Of a stretch of 64,000 nucleotides of DNA, positions 17,852-27,946 are shown in pieces. Positions within the stretch are counted from its first letter, which is position 1; each line of letters begins with the position of its first letter. This stretch comes from a virus. Under the pieces are notes generated by a model. That model saw only the letters and a program-made list of their open reading frames with translations, was not told the DNA's origin and made no database searches. Both the position numbers and the translations under genes were made by a program. The DNA lies in IMG/VR virus record IMGVR_UViG_3300014838_000015, positions 1 through 64,000 of that record. The stretch is one strand, 5' to 3'.

Positions 17852-19003
17852 TTCATCAGCTAACGTCTTTACTATATCGGGAAAGTCTTCTATCAAATCA
17901 GGATAATTTTGCAATTTATCCCATATTATTTTTTTAAAATAAATAGAAAAATCATATTGATCATATCGTGTCAATATCGTTTTAAATATTTCAACAGGAA
18001 GATTATCATTTAAAATAAGCGCACGATCAATTTCTTTATCATCACGTTCTAAAAGTTTAAACAAAACATCTTTTGGCGTGTTTGAATTACGTGCAAAATT
18101 GTTCAATGTTCTTTCTATTGCCGAAGATTTCTTCTTACTTTTATGAAGCGAATATTGTTCTTTCTCAAAAAATAAGAATTTATTATACATCTTTCTAAGA
18201 TCAACGGAAGACTCAGTAAAACCAATTGTATCTTCATTTTTTTCAATTTCAGATTGAAGTTTATTTTTAAACGCATCAACGTGTTCAATCGCTGAACGTG
18301 AAAAAAACACCGCCTGAGTGGGTTCGTTGGGATGAATCGTGCCGCTACCTTCGTCATCAACGCCATCTATTCCTATATCCCGAAACAATTTATTCCAATT
18401 TGTTGGGTTTTTTGACTTTAAACGAACACCGTTCCAAAACACCCTTGTAGGAGTACCAAGATACTTTTTTAAACGAGCTAAATTTACTTTGTCATCTACA
18501 TCTAGATAATCAGGCAAAGTACCATCTTCTATTTGACGTTTAACATTCATCATTTCTTTTTCAATTATTTCTCTTTTATGTTGTTCATAATCACATGGAG
18601 GCAAGTTTAACAGGTCATTTATTTTATTCAATAACTGCGTAGCATCAGTTTCTGTAACGTCATTTAATTTAAGAATTCGAGAAGGATTCCTCGGTTTTAT
18701 GACTTGAACATAATCTCTTTCGGTTGCAAAAAATTTTGCACGAGAACGTTTGTTAATAAGTTTTTTCAATATTTCATCTGTGATGGGATATGTATAAATT
18801 CCTAAAGGTGTTTTGAAATTACTTTGAGGATTTATTCCAACCTTATCTTCAGTCGTGAACGTCATATATCCAATTCCAACGTATTTTTTTAATTCATCGA
18901 TGAATTGCTGTTTCGTTCTAACAACAACGTCACCAACGCCTTCCTTATCTGAACGATTGCGTTCCTGTATCAATTGACGTAGTTCGCCCATCATTATAAA
19001 CAT
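17837..19003 (-). CDS. AT-rich inserted gene; putative ADP-ribosyltransferase-like virion protein
   Basis: KVGINPQS..TPLGIYTYP, GIDGVDDEGSGTIHPNEPTQAVFF; N-terminal ELRQLIQE; GC visibly lower than flanks. The ART call is inference. Confidence 0.55.
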   Translation of the reverse strand: MFIMMGELRQLIQERNRSDKEGVGDVVVRTKQQFIDELKKYVGIGYMTFTTEDKVGINPQSNFKTPLGIYTYPITDEILKKLINKRSRAKFFATERDYVQVIKPRNPSRILKLNDVTETDATQLLNKINDLLNLPPCDYEQHKREIIEKEMMNVKRQIEDGTLPDYLDVDDKVNLARLKKYLGTPTRVFWNGVRLKSKNPTNWNKLFRDIGIDGVDDEGSGTIHPNEPTQAVFFSRSAIEHVDAFKNKLQSEIEKNEDTIGFTESSVDLRKMYNKFLFFEKEQYSLHKSKKKSSAIERTLNNFARNSNTPKDVLFKLLERDDKEIDRALILNDNLPVEIFKTILTRYDQYDFSIYFKKIIWDKLQNYPDLIEDFPDIVKTLADELIAF

Positions 19004-19012
19004 GACTTTAAC

Positions 19013-19061
19013 TATTCATTGTTCATAGCGTCAACCAACTATAATCGCTTATCTCTCGTTG
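19013..19061. repeat. 49-bp copy (48/49) of the terminase large subunit 3' end (25892-25940)
   Basis: TATTCATTGTTCATAGCGTCAACCAACTATA(A/G)TCGCTTATCTCTCGTTG. Confidence 0.95.
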
Positions 19062-19114
19062 AGTAGGTCAACCCTATCGTTTGAACGACAGGATCTCGTT
19101 CAGAACGCGATCAA
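19062..19114. repeat. 53-bp exact direct repeat, copy 1
   Basis: Identical to 17799-17851. Confidence 0.97.
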
Positions 19115-19730
19115 CGCGATCCGAGCGCTTTATTGATTTTCTAAGGTCATTTGAATTGATAACATAACCCTCAGGAATCATGAATGCCTGGCTCGTGGAG
19201 GGTTCGCTGACCATGTCCCAACAGATTATCTGAAAATCGTCCTGAACAACGTGGTACTCGCCTTGCTTCTTCGTTGAACCAACGCCTCGACTGCTAATGC
19301 CAAGCTTGACCTTCGACTCGACGAGCGACTGCAGAATCTGACCTGCAGGCGTGTTTAGCAACTCTATCGTACCCTTGACGTCGTTTCCTTCCATGTAAGC
19401 TTCACGAACGATGTGCGATACGTTCTTTAAATTGACGACGCTTGAATCTGGGTGATCACATTCGCCTAGCGCGCGGTTCTCAAGGATGAATTTTTGATAG
19501 TTTCGTATCTCCCTTTCGAGAACCGCGAGTGGGTAAATGCGACCGTTTTGGTTCAGAGCGTCTGCACGTTGAAGAATTCCCCTGAGCATCACCTTCTTGA
19601 CGGCGGGCGCGATGATCGGTTTACCGTGCGTATCCTCACCAATGACCTTCGACGGCGTGACCTCCTCGGCCACAACATCACCCGTAAACACCTCGTACGA
19701 ATTTAAAAGCCTCATTGAATCAACCGACAT
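19074..19730 (-). CDS. gp21: Prohead maturation protease, T4 gp21-like
   Basis: NQNGRIYP, ALGECDHP, VSH, TPAGQIL, LGISSRGVGS, WDMVSEPST. Confidence 0.95.
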   Translation of the reverse strand: MSVDSMRLLNSYEVFTGDVVAEEVTPSKVIGEDTHGKPIIAPAVKKVMLRGILQRADALNQNGRIYPLAVLEREIRNYQKFILENRALGECDHPDSSVVNLKNVSHIVREAYMEGNDVKGTIELLNTPAGQILQSLVESKVKLGISSRGVGSTKKQGEYHVVQDDFQIICWDMVSEPSTSQAFMIPEGYVINSNDLRKSIKRSDRVDRVLNEILSFKR

Positions 19731-20583
19731 CTGAATCCTCCGTCACCAGCTCATCGTTGAGCTTGCTGTACAACATGAACCTCGTCACGGTGTCATCGTC
19801 AACGTCGACAAGCGTTTCGCTCTGAATCCTGTTCACCGCCTCATCGATCTTCGCTCGATCCAACGTCGAATCACCGGTACTGTCGTTGAGCCTCTTGAGA
19901 ATGTTCGACTTGATCTCGTGAAGTTTGGTGCTAAGCGCATCTGGATCATCGTTCGCCGTAGAAAATGCATATGCACGAAGCAAGCACTTCTGCTCATCGG
20001 ACAACGCATTTGCATATCGCTCGTTCAATCGCTTCATCATCAGCTTCATCAGCAACCGCGTCGAACCAGGTGCATCACCGGTGCCGACCTGCTCGTTGCC
20101 AGACTGCGTCCTCTCGGTGATCAGCCACTTGATCAACTGATCCTCATACGTTGCAATACGTCCCAGGTCTGATCCAGGAGTACGCCAATCATTTATCAAC
20201 GTCTGAATCGTCGCCAACATCCTGTACTCGTTCACCTGCCTGTCATAAAAATCGGCATCATTAAGCGATTTATTTATCGCGCTGATCAACAAAGATTTCT
20301 CGCTATCGAGCTGCGCTGTGTCGTGCGATCTGACGACCTGTTTGGCTTCCTGTAGAATGGACGCGGCAACGTGTTCGCTCGATACGCTTGTCCTGAACAG
20401 CGCGTTGACCAACCTAAACTCCTTGTAGAGCTCTGTTCCAGGCTTGAAGTACCTCTTTATAATACGTAGAGCTGCGTTCGAACGCTTCGTATCACCACGA
20501 ACGATGGCCTCAGACACGCTGAGAACGAGGAACTCGTGCAGCAAACCAACGGATCGCTTCTTGTTGTGCGACTTAGCCATCAT
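19720..20583 (-). CDS. Hypothetical helical protein between portal and protease
   Basis: 287-aa ORF overlapping both neighbours. Confidence 0.65.
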   Translation of the reverse strand: MMAKSHNKKRSVGLLHEFLVLSVSEAIVRGDTKRSNAALRIIKRYFKPGTELYKEFRLVNALFRTSVSSEHVAASILQEAKQVVRSHDTAQLDSEKSLLISAINKSLNDADFYDRQVNEYRMLATIQTLINDWRTPGSDLGRIATYEDQLIKWLITERTQSGNEQVGTGDAPGSTRLLMKLMMKRLNERYANALSDEQKCLLRAYAFSTANDDPDALSTKLHEIKSNILKRLNDSTGDSTLDRAKIDEAVNRIQSETLVDVDDDTVTRFMLYSKLNDELVTEDSDVG

Positions 20584-23500
20584 TCATCCTCGCTATCATC
20601 ATCAAAATCAGCATCGCCATCGATCGTAAGTACACTCTCATTAATCAAAGGTTCGTCGGGTGCAGCTCCATTCGACCTTAAATCTTCATTGATCACAGCG
20701 TTCGACTTCGAATCGATCTCATCCTGAACGTCGGTTCCCTCGGAAATTAGAATCGCTCGTTGCTCGTCGGCGTGTTCGCTGAACGCCTTAGATTCCGTCA
20801 TCTTACGAAGCATGTACACCGTGTCGTTCGGTAACCGTCCACCCGCTATCTTCCTTGGCTTCTGAACGATGCGATCGACGCTCTCACCGAACGGGTTAGA
20901 AACCATCGAATTGATGAAGTTGTTGTCGTATGGATCACCCATCGCCTCATTGTCGTTGCTCGTCATCTTGTTGAGGTCTGGAGTCGCGGTCGAGTTCGAT
21001 CCGTGGTGACGACGCCTTCCGCGATTGTAGAGAGAACGTTGCAGCTGCGACTGTGCCTTGATGGGCGGACCAACGTCGCCGTAGAGATGCGGAAGCTTGA
21101 GCGAGAACGATTCATCGTCGTCGAGGTCATCGCTGCCGGTCAACAACTGAACGCCGGCGTTCGTCTCTTCCTCGGGTTCATCGCCAGCGTTTTCAGGCGC
21201 TGGTGTCGCTTCTTCGCCTGCACCCGATTCCTCACCACCGCCACCCGATTCCTCGCCACCGCCGCCACCGAACAATCCCTCGGCGCCGCCTTCTGTCCCA
21301 CCACCGCCGAAGCCACCGTCGCCGCCTTCGATGTCATCGTTGACCTGCTTCTCCTCGAGGCGTTCGGTGTCGAGAACCTTGATCTGCTCGTCGTTGAGCC
21401 CCCAGATCTCCTTGCGGATGAACTTCTTGCTGGCCATTCCCTCAGGAGCTGACCCGGCGATCTCGAACTTCGCTCGCCACAGCTCGAGCTTCTGTTGCTG
21501 AGCGACCGTTGACGGATTTGACAGGTGGAGCGTGAAGTTCTGAAGATCCTCGTTGTCGAAACCGTGAGCGTAGAGGTGAATGATCGCAAGTTTATTCAAT
21601 TCGGCGGTGATTGTCTTTTGAATAACGTTTGTCGTACGAGAAAATCTTATGTCTTCCTGAGCTAATGTCGCTTTCGAATTATGAACGAAAACAAATCCAT
21701 CAAGACTTAAGTCAGAAATTGCAAAATTGTGGTATTTTTCAACCTCAAGATCATAAACCGCAATTGGTTCATCAACGGTGATGATTTCAACAGATAGAAC
21801 CTTATGATTATTTTTCAACGTTTTCTTAAAATCTATAAATGTTGCATATCCATTCTCTTTAATAATACGTTTAACAACCGATCCACAAAATGGAACATTT
21901 CCTAATCGTTTCCAATCTGTCATTGACGTAACGTTGTTTTTAACACAAAACTCAGTCAATTGTTCAATTGTATACGTTAACCTTGGTCTAGTTCCACGTG
22001 GATACCCACCAAAGTGTTGTACCAACCATTGTGATATATTAATACCGTTTCTCGTTAGATTATTTCTAAAACAACTCCAACTAACATTAATATCCAAAAG
22101 TTTACACATGAAATCGTTACGATCGCTGCATTTTTTTGCTATTTCATGTAATTCATTAACAGATACATTTTTTTGCTTATACTTTGAATTATTATTTGAT
22201 ATTGCCTCTCGTCTGCTTCCATCATCATTATCCCAAGCGTATTTAACACCATTAACATGTGCTGTTAAATATTTTTCAGTTTTCATAACTTCACGTAACT
22301 TATCGCGAGAAGACTCAGATAACAAATTTGACAATGCACCCTTCGAATGAAGTAATGCATGAGCCTTCCTACCCATCTTCAACAAATTAATTGGTGAATT
22401 ATTTCGTTTGTTACAATCAACGTGGTGAACAACATAAGAACGTTCAAGCTTACGTGAAGGATCATCACTAACAAGACCTGCTTCACTCACCAAACGGTGT
22501 GTGTATTTCCATTCACAATTCTTATCAAGAACCATCTCGTAACCGTTAAGTTCATCATCTCCACCTTTCTTTTTCGTCGATGATGTTCTACGATAAAGTG
22601 GCATCAAGCTATCACAAATTTTAAGTTCATCAGCTCTCTTATATGAACCATCTCTCATCATGAATGGATGATTTTCTGTCACATCAAACGTAGTCCCATC
22701 ATCTAACATGATCCTGTGAAATTGTGTTACATCCTTTGTTTTCCATACTCTGTTAACTTTACCTGGTACAACATTTCCAGTTTCATTATCAATTGAGTAA
22801 ACCCAAACATCCTTACAATCAGATTTTGCTAATGTTTCAATCGTTTGCGTTGAACCATCCAATAAAGCAACGTTCGTATTGCCACGTAGACAACTCAACA
22901 TTTCATCGTAACCGAGGTATGCTCTTGGAATCTTCAACGCTGCAAATAATTTTTTCTGAATATAAGCGACGTCCTCAACGGCGGCCGTGTTTTGTCCACC
23001 CGCGAGCGTGTCGATCTTCGTGCCCGTTTCGCCACCACGAATGGGAATGAAGAAATCTTCCTCGACGGAGTTGTGCAACATTACGTAACCAAGCGATTCA
23101 TTGTTTGATTCATCAAACGATCCCGCGGCAAAGTTGTGCCAACGTTCAACGTTGATGCAACCGGTGTCCTCTCGAACGCGCAACCTCTCAACGCCATCGA
23201 CCTTCGACGATTTCTTGGCACACGACGGCATCAGGGGCTGGTCATGTTGCAGTTCGTCGGCTCGTTGGTACATACCATCGAGCAGCATGAAGCGGTGATC
23301 GGGTGTAACGTCGAGCGAAGAACCATCGTCGAGCGTCACTCTAACGAGCTCCGCGTTCCTACGAGTGATTCCGGCCCAGGTGACCTTGCCAGGAACGTAC
23401 TTCTTCGTCTCAGCGTCAAATGAATACACCCACTGATTGCGCTTACCCGCATTCCACTCGGAAATCAGATCACCGAGTCGCAGCGTCCCGGCGTCACGTA

Positions 23501-25295
23501 TCTTGATTCCGGTGTCGAGCGAGAGGCACATCGGATTGTAACGTAAATCGACCCTTCCGGTCGTCCTGTCCACGACTGGCGTCGTTCGCATCTGCTGACG
23601 TTGCTGTTCGATGTACGTATTGACCTCGCCAGGCGGCAGGTTCGCAACGTCGATGTAGAACACGCGACGCTCAGGAGCTCGAACGACGCGGTACACGAGC
23701 ATCGCGTCCTCGATGAGAATCAGCTGACGCCAAATCCGTCGAGCGGGTTCAATGATCGACGAACCATACGGCAAAAACATATCATTTCCTAGAAGCCTAA
23801 AGTGGGTGACCTCCCAGTTCTCAAGCGTTCTGTTGCCGAGCGTTACCCACCTGTAACGAACGGCGAAAGGATCGTCACGATCGTAGTTCTCCTCGCGTTC
23901 GATCTCATTGACTGGAATGGGAAACGCATTGATTACGCCGTATTCGGGAGACACGTCGTTGTAGAGGAAAAAATCGCCGTACTTACACAGGTTCCTAGCC
24001 CACGACCTGAGGTTAAACTCGACGTTGAGGACGTTGTAGAACAGATCCTCCAACAGTTCACGGACACGCTCGTTGTCGGAATAAACGTGAAGTATACGAC
24101 CCTTCTCGTCCTGAGCACACGTTTCATCAGCGTAGATGTCCATCGCCGCGGCGATCTCTGGCGTGTTGTGAGAAACAACGCTGTCGGTCGCAAAGTTCTT
24201 GTACCCGTCGACTGTCAGATCGTAGAGGGGTTGAATGCCCGCGCTTTTGACGCCGACGACCTTGCAATCATGGTACGAATCGACCCACCGTGAGAACCCA
24301 TCGAACCCTTGACCACGAAGACACTGCATCACAGCGTTGATCGACGTTCCAAGCTTCTTCGCTAGATCAACGCGACTCATTCCTTGTTCGTAAGCATCGC
24401 ACACTCGCTTGTACGTTAGTTCAACGCCTAGCACACCGTCGTTCTTCAGGTTGTAATCGTACGTTTTTGCAAAAACTTCGAAGTTCGCAAATCCAAACTC
24501 TGCAAGCCTGGCACGAATCAAGCTAAGGTTTGCACACAGTGCCTCGCTAACGATCGACTGATTGAATCCCAATTCATCACATGTCTGAAGTATCTTTGCA
24601 AACGTAACATCGTTTCGCTTCGGTTGATCGTTGTCCCGTTTCTTACCAGACACAAGCTCAGAGAACAACACGTGTTCAGGAACCCATGGTCGTTCCTTCT
24701 GCATCGTGTAAACACGCCGGTGTTCTTCGTATCCGCACTCGCTCTCACGGCAGAACGGCATCATTGCATCACCAACGACGAGGTCCTTGACCTTGCGATA
24801 CGATCCGTCTCTGAGCATCAAACGATGTTCGCCTGAGGCGGTTATTGACTTACCGCTGTCGAGTTTCACCTCGAACGTTTCGTCAACGCACGTTTGTCTA
24901 GCCTGCTTACCGATCGCAGGAACGATAGTTTGCGTAGCATGATCATATGAATAAACAATGAACGTATGATTTGGATCTTTGTCACATTCGCTTGATAACT
25001 CACCGATGGTTTTAAACCCACCAGGAACAGCAATTTGCGTCGACTCAATTAAACTGTACTCCATTTCCTGAAAATCTTGATATCTCATTAATCTCTCGGA
25101 GAGATTGTACGCATTACTCGTGATTGTCGCATACGTTGGCGATAATGATTTTTGAAACAGTAACGTTCCAGATGATTTCGTTTTATCTGCAACTGCGATC
25201 GTTGTATCGAGTGCTCTAATCTTCCTCTTAACGATCGGTCCTGACTTGAACAATCGTGATAATCGCCGAAATAGGCTCTTCGGTTCTTTTGCCAT
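20580..25295 (-). CDS. gp20: Portal protein, T4 gp20-like, interrupted by three inteins
   Basis: PEIAAAMDIYADE, LIEDAMLVYRVVRAPERRVFYIDV, EDFFIPIRG, IDTLAGG, KKLFAALKIP, EDIRFS; start MAKEPK. Confidence 0.95.
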   Translation of the reverse strand: MAKEPKSLFRRLSRLFKSGPIVKRKIRALDTTIAVADKTKSSGTLLFQKSLSPTYATITSNAYNLSERLMRYQDFQEMEYSLIESTQIAVPGGFKTIGELSSECDKDPNHTFIVYSYDHATQTIVPAIGKQARQTCVDETFEVKLDSGKSITASGEHRLMLRDGSYRKVKDLVVGDAMMPFCRESECGYEEHRRVYTMQKERPWVPEHVLFSELVSGKKRDNDQPKRNDVTFAKILQTCDELGFNQSIVSEALCANLSLIRARLAEFGFANFEVFAKTYDYNLKNDGVLGVELTYKRVCDAYEQGMSRVDLAKKLGTSINAVMQCLRGQGFDGFSRWVDSYHDCKVVGVKSAGIQPLYDLTVDGYKNFATDSVVSHNTPEIAAAMDIYADETCAQDEKGRILHVYSDNERVRELLEDLFYNVLNVEFNLRSWARNLCKYGDFFLYNDVSPEYGVINAFPIPVNEIEREENYDRDDPFAVRYRWVTLGNRTLENWEVTHFRLLGNDMFLPYGSSIIEPARRIWRQLILIEDAMLVYRVVRAPERRVFYIDVANLPPGEVNTYIEQQRQQMRTTPVVDRTTGRVDLRYNPMCLSLDTGIKIRDAGTLRLGDLISEWNAGKRNQWVYSFDAETKKYVPGKVTWAGITRRNAELVRVTLDDGSSLDVTPDHRFMLLDGMYQRADELQHDQPLMPSCAKKSSKVDGVERLRVREDTGCINVERWHNFAAGSFDESNNESLGYVMLHNSVEEDFFIPIRGGETGTKIDTLAGGQNTAAVEDVAYIQKKLFAALKIPRAYLGYDEMLSCLRGNTNVALLDGSTQTIETLAKSDCKDVWVYSIDNETGNVVPGKVNRVWKTKDVTQFHRIMLDDGTTFDVTENHPFMMRDGSYKRADELKICDSLMPLYRRTSSTKKKGGDDELNGYEMVLDKNCEWKYTHRLVSEAGLVSDDPSRKLERSYVVHHVDCNKRNNSPINLLKMGRKAHALLHSKGALSNLLSESSRDKLREVMKTEKYLTAHVNGVKYAWDNDDGSRREAISNNNSKYKQKNVSVNELHEIAKKCSDRNDFMCKLLDINVSWSCFRNNLTRNGINISQWLVQHFGGYPRGTRPRLTYTIEQLTEFCVKNNVTSMTDWKRLGNVPFCGSVVKRIIKENGYATFIDFKKTLKNNHKVLSVEIITVDEPIAVYDLEVEKYHNFAISDLSLDGFVFVHNSKATLAQEDIRFSRTTNVIQKTITAELNKLAIIHLYAHGFDNEDLQNFTLHLSNPSTVAQQQKLELWRAKFEIAGSAPEGMASKKFIRKEIWGLNDEQIKVLDTERLEEKQVNDDIEGGDGGFGGGGTEGGAEGLFGGGGGEESGGGGEESGAGEEATPAPENAGDEPEEETNAGVQLLTGSDDLDDDESFSLKLPHLYGDVGPPIKAQSQLQRSLYNRGRRRHHGSNSTATPDLNKMTSNDNEAMGDPYDNNFINSMVSNPFGESVDRIVQKPRKIAGGRLPNDTVYMLRKMTESKAFSEHADEQRAILISEGTDVQDEIDSKSNAVINEDLRSNGAAPDEPLINESVLTIDGDADFDDDSEDE
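21678..22892 (-). mobile_element. Intein 3 in portal (405 aa, HNH endonuclease)
   Basis: MLS|CLRGNT, VTENHPF, HNH VHHVDCNKRNNSPINL, VYDLEV..YHNF, end VHN|SKAT; AT-rich. Confidence 0.93.
23070..23528 (-). mobile_element. Intein 2 in portal (153-aa mini-intein)
   Basis: NPM|CLSLDT, VTPDHRF, HNF, end LHN|SVEED. Confidence 0.92.
24165..25055 (-). mobile_element. Intein 1 in portal (297 aa, Ser1...His-Asn/Thr; degenerate endonuclease/HTH region)
   Basis: MEY|SLIESTQI, block B ASGEHRLM, block F YDLTV, end SHN|TPEI. Confidence 0.9.
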
Positions 25296-25496
25296 CAGTT
25301 GATCCCATTCCTCATTCGGTGTAGAATTCCAAGCGTACAACGCAGCAAAGGCGCAACGGTTCCTCGCCGTTGCACCGTTTCTTCGTTACCGATCGTTCTG
25401 TTTACCATCTGTGATCTGCCTTCCTATTCCAGGAACGGCTCCTCTCGCGCTTTAAACATACACCATCGGTGCAAGCGTTACGCTATAGCTGTTGAC

Positions 25497-25808
25497 CTAC
25501 TTGCCACCCTTCGTCGACTTCAACGATATCCTCTTCGGTTCAATCCTCTGTTTCGGTACGTACGATCCTGGACTCGACAACATGTTCTCAAGCACGTTCT
25601 CGAGTTCGCTGACGTGCGGAGTCACTGCGTTCAAAGCTGCATGAGGCGCCTTTTCCTTGAACGTTTCGATGGCCGCCAGAAGCTTGCTAGCCACGGTGAC
25701 GATGCTGTTGATGCTCTTGTGATCGACCGATTCATCGATCTTTGCGAGCTCCTCCATCACGAGCTGACGCATTCTGAGGTTGCTGATCCTAACGTTCGAA
25801 CGCTTCAT
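25497..25808 (-). CDS. Hypothetical head-associated protein
   Basis: N-terminal RMRQLVMEEL; TACTTA at 25834-25839. Confidence 0.55.
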   Translation of the reverse strand: MKRSNVRISNLRMRQLVMEELAKIDESVDHKSINSIVTVASKLLAAIETFKEKAPHAALNAVTPHVSELENVLENMLSSPGSYVPKQRIEPKRISLKSTKGGK

Positions 25809-25901
25809 TTCACGCGCCTCTTTCCATTTCACTTAAGTATCTAACCTGTTGTCATCATAGATCTTGAGTCACCGGCTTCGCAACACGATCATATTCATTG
25901 T

Positions 25902-27542
25902 TCATAGCGTCAACCAACTATAGTCGCTTATCTCTCGTTGGTACGGGTTCCTCGGTGAGACCTGCGATGCATCCTGTGGTCTATAAACGCTGTGTGCATT
26001 CATTCCCCTGATGTTCGGATTGACCAACGGTTGAGCATCGTTTATTCCGCCTGGAAGCTTGTTGATGTCTCGACGATCGACCTTCGTTGCATTCAACAAC
26101 GCATACATCATCTCACGGTCCTGTTCAGAAACTCCTGAACTGCCATCGACTAACCAACAACCTATCGCGAGGCTCATGATAAGATCGTCGTAGCTATCCT
26201 TGCTCGCTTCTGGTTTGTTGCCGTTCCAGATGAACGCCTGGATCTGATCATAGAGTCGTCTCGAGTGTGAGTGCAGCTTCTTCGTGCGAATAAGGTCCTC
26301 GAACTTCGACAGAATCTGCGTCCTCGAACTCTTGTTCGTTGAGAATCCGGGTTGCTCGTCGGAGTTCAGTGGCATGTAGTTGAATGGATCACCCGCGTTG
26401 CTAGCGTAGTACAGGCACCTGTAGTTCAGGTCATCCCGCAATCGAACGTTCGTGAAGTAACCGAACGTGTTGTTCTCGGGTACGAGCAAAGCGTTGTTGT
26501 AGACCTTTCCCCAATCTGCCATCATGTCAGCGAGCTTCGACGGAGACACCTTTCCCATGTACTCCGCTGAAACGGAGCACTCATTCGCATCGATCACGTG
26601 GAATGCAGAGAAATCCCTTGCATCTCCGCGAGAGACGTCGGCGCTGATGACGTACCTGTGACCAGGCACAGATCGTTTCCAGATCCACACGTTTCGATCG
26701 TGACCCGTCTTCTCAATGGGTTCAAGTATTTGAGCGCGCAGCTCATCGATATCGTTTGGTTGAAGGAACGTATCACCCGATGATATGAAATCGCATAGGT
26801 ACTCTTGCGCAATTTTGCGGCGCGTTAGGCTCCTCGTTTCTTTATCATACCATGCTTGATCGTGCTCAGGATGAACGTTCCACAACAACCTTGTCGTGTG
26901 AAAATCGTTCTGTCCAGAAATTGCCTCCATCCATAACCTATAGTATTGACCGCCCACGCCATTCGGCGTTGATAGGATTATTGCCGATCCACCGGTTGAA
27001 ATCGTCGGTGCAAGGCCGGTCCATATATCCTCAAAATCACGTATAAAGGCACACTCATCAACGATTAATAAAGATAATCCTTCTGAACGACCTGCGTCGT
27101 CAGACGTTGGAATTGCAGTAACGCTGCTACCGTTTGTGAACGCTATCGATTGCTTCGTGGGCTCGAACTTCGTGAGCAGCAACCACGGTGGCAGGTTCTC
27201 AAGCATGACCTTGATCTTCTTGATGAAGTTTATCGCCGTCGGTAGCTTCGTCGCTATGACGAGAACGTTCTTGTCCTTATGAAAAATCGTGAACCACAAC
27301 GAATATGCAGCGCTGATCGTCGATAGACCTAGCTGTCTAGATTTCAGAACGATGTTGAGCCTGTGCTCGACGAAATCATGAATGCACTGATCCTGAAAAG
27401 GATACGTTTCGAATGGAATCATCCCACGCTTAGGATGTTGTATTCTACAATAGTTCTTTATGAAGTAGATCGGATCCTTGCCACACTTTAGGATCTCATT
27501 GACCTGATAATTCTTGTTTTGAGACAGTACGTTTATTGCCAT
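25902..27542 (-). CDS. gp17: Terminase large subunit, T4 gp17-like
   Basis: YPFQ, KSRQLGLST (Walker A), LLIVDECAF (Walker B), STPNG, ADVSRG..DFS, ENN, DDLIMSLAI. Confidence 0.96.
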   Translation of the reverse strand: MAINVLSQNKNYQVNEILKCGKDPIYFIKNYCRIQHPKRGMIPFETYPFQDQCIHDFVEHRLNIVLKSRQLGLSTISAAYSLWFTIFHKDKNVLVIATKLPTAINFIKKIKVMLENLPPWLLLTKFEPTKQSIAFTNGSSVTAIPTSDDAGRSEGLSLLIVDECAFIRDFEDIWTGLAPTISTGGSAIILSTPNGVGGQYYRLWMEAISGQNDFHTTRLLWNVHPEHDQAWYDKETRSLTRRKIAQEYLCDFISSGDTFLQPNDIDELRAQILEPIEKTGHDRNVWIWKRSVPGHRYVISADVSRGDARDFSAFHVIDANECSVSAEYMGKVSPSKLADMMADWGKVYNNALLVPENNTFGYFTNVRLRDDLNYRCLYYASNAGDPFNYMPLNSDEQPGFSTNKSSRTQILSKFEDLIRTKKLHSHSRRLYDQIQAFIWNGNKPEASKDSYDDLIMSLAIGCWLVDGSSGVSEQDREMMYALLNATKVDRRDINKLPGGINDAQPLVNPNIRGMNAHSVYRPQDASQVSPRNPYQREISDYSWLTL

Positions 27543-27925
27543 CAGCTGATCTCAAACACTGCCTTGTGCCTGTAATAGGCAGTCCTACGAGGATTGTGCA
27601 CGTTGAAATTGATGATTTCAAGGTTATCAACGTTTGAGATCTCCTTAAACGTAACGTTCTCATCACACAAATCCTTGTACGCCTTCTTGACGTACTTTAT
27701 CATGGCAGACGTAACGGCCTTCGCCTCTTCCTCGTAACGACGTTTGAGCTCGATCATGTTCCTCTCGGTCGCAAACGAAACGATCGCAACGTACGACGCA
27801 GCGACTCTATCCGTTCCAATCAACGTTAGCTTGATCGATTGCGATGCGGTCTTTGGCGTTGACGATCGACCGAACGTTGTGTCCATGGCCTGTCCAAGCG
27901 CATTGTAATCGATTTCTTTTGCCAT
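27542..27925 (-). CDS. Hypothetical protein
   Basis: Coupled to terminase; TACTTA at 27948-27953. Confidence 0.6.
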   Translation of the reverse strand: MAKEIDYNALGQAMDTTFGRSSTPKTASQSIKLTLIGTDRVAASYVAIVSFATERNMIELKRRYEEEAKAVTSAMIKYVKKAYKDLCDENVTFKEISNVDNLEIINFNVHNPRRTAYYRHKAVFEIS

Positions 27926-27946
27926 GTTCCTAACGTATCTCCTCGT

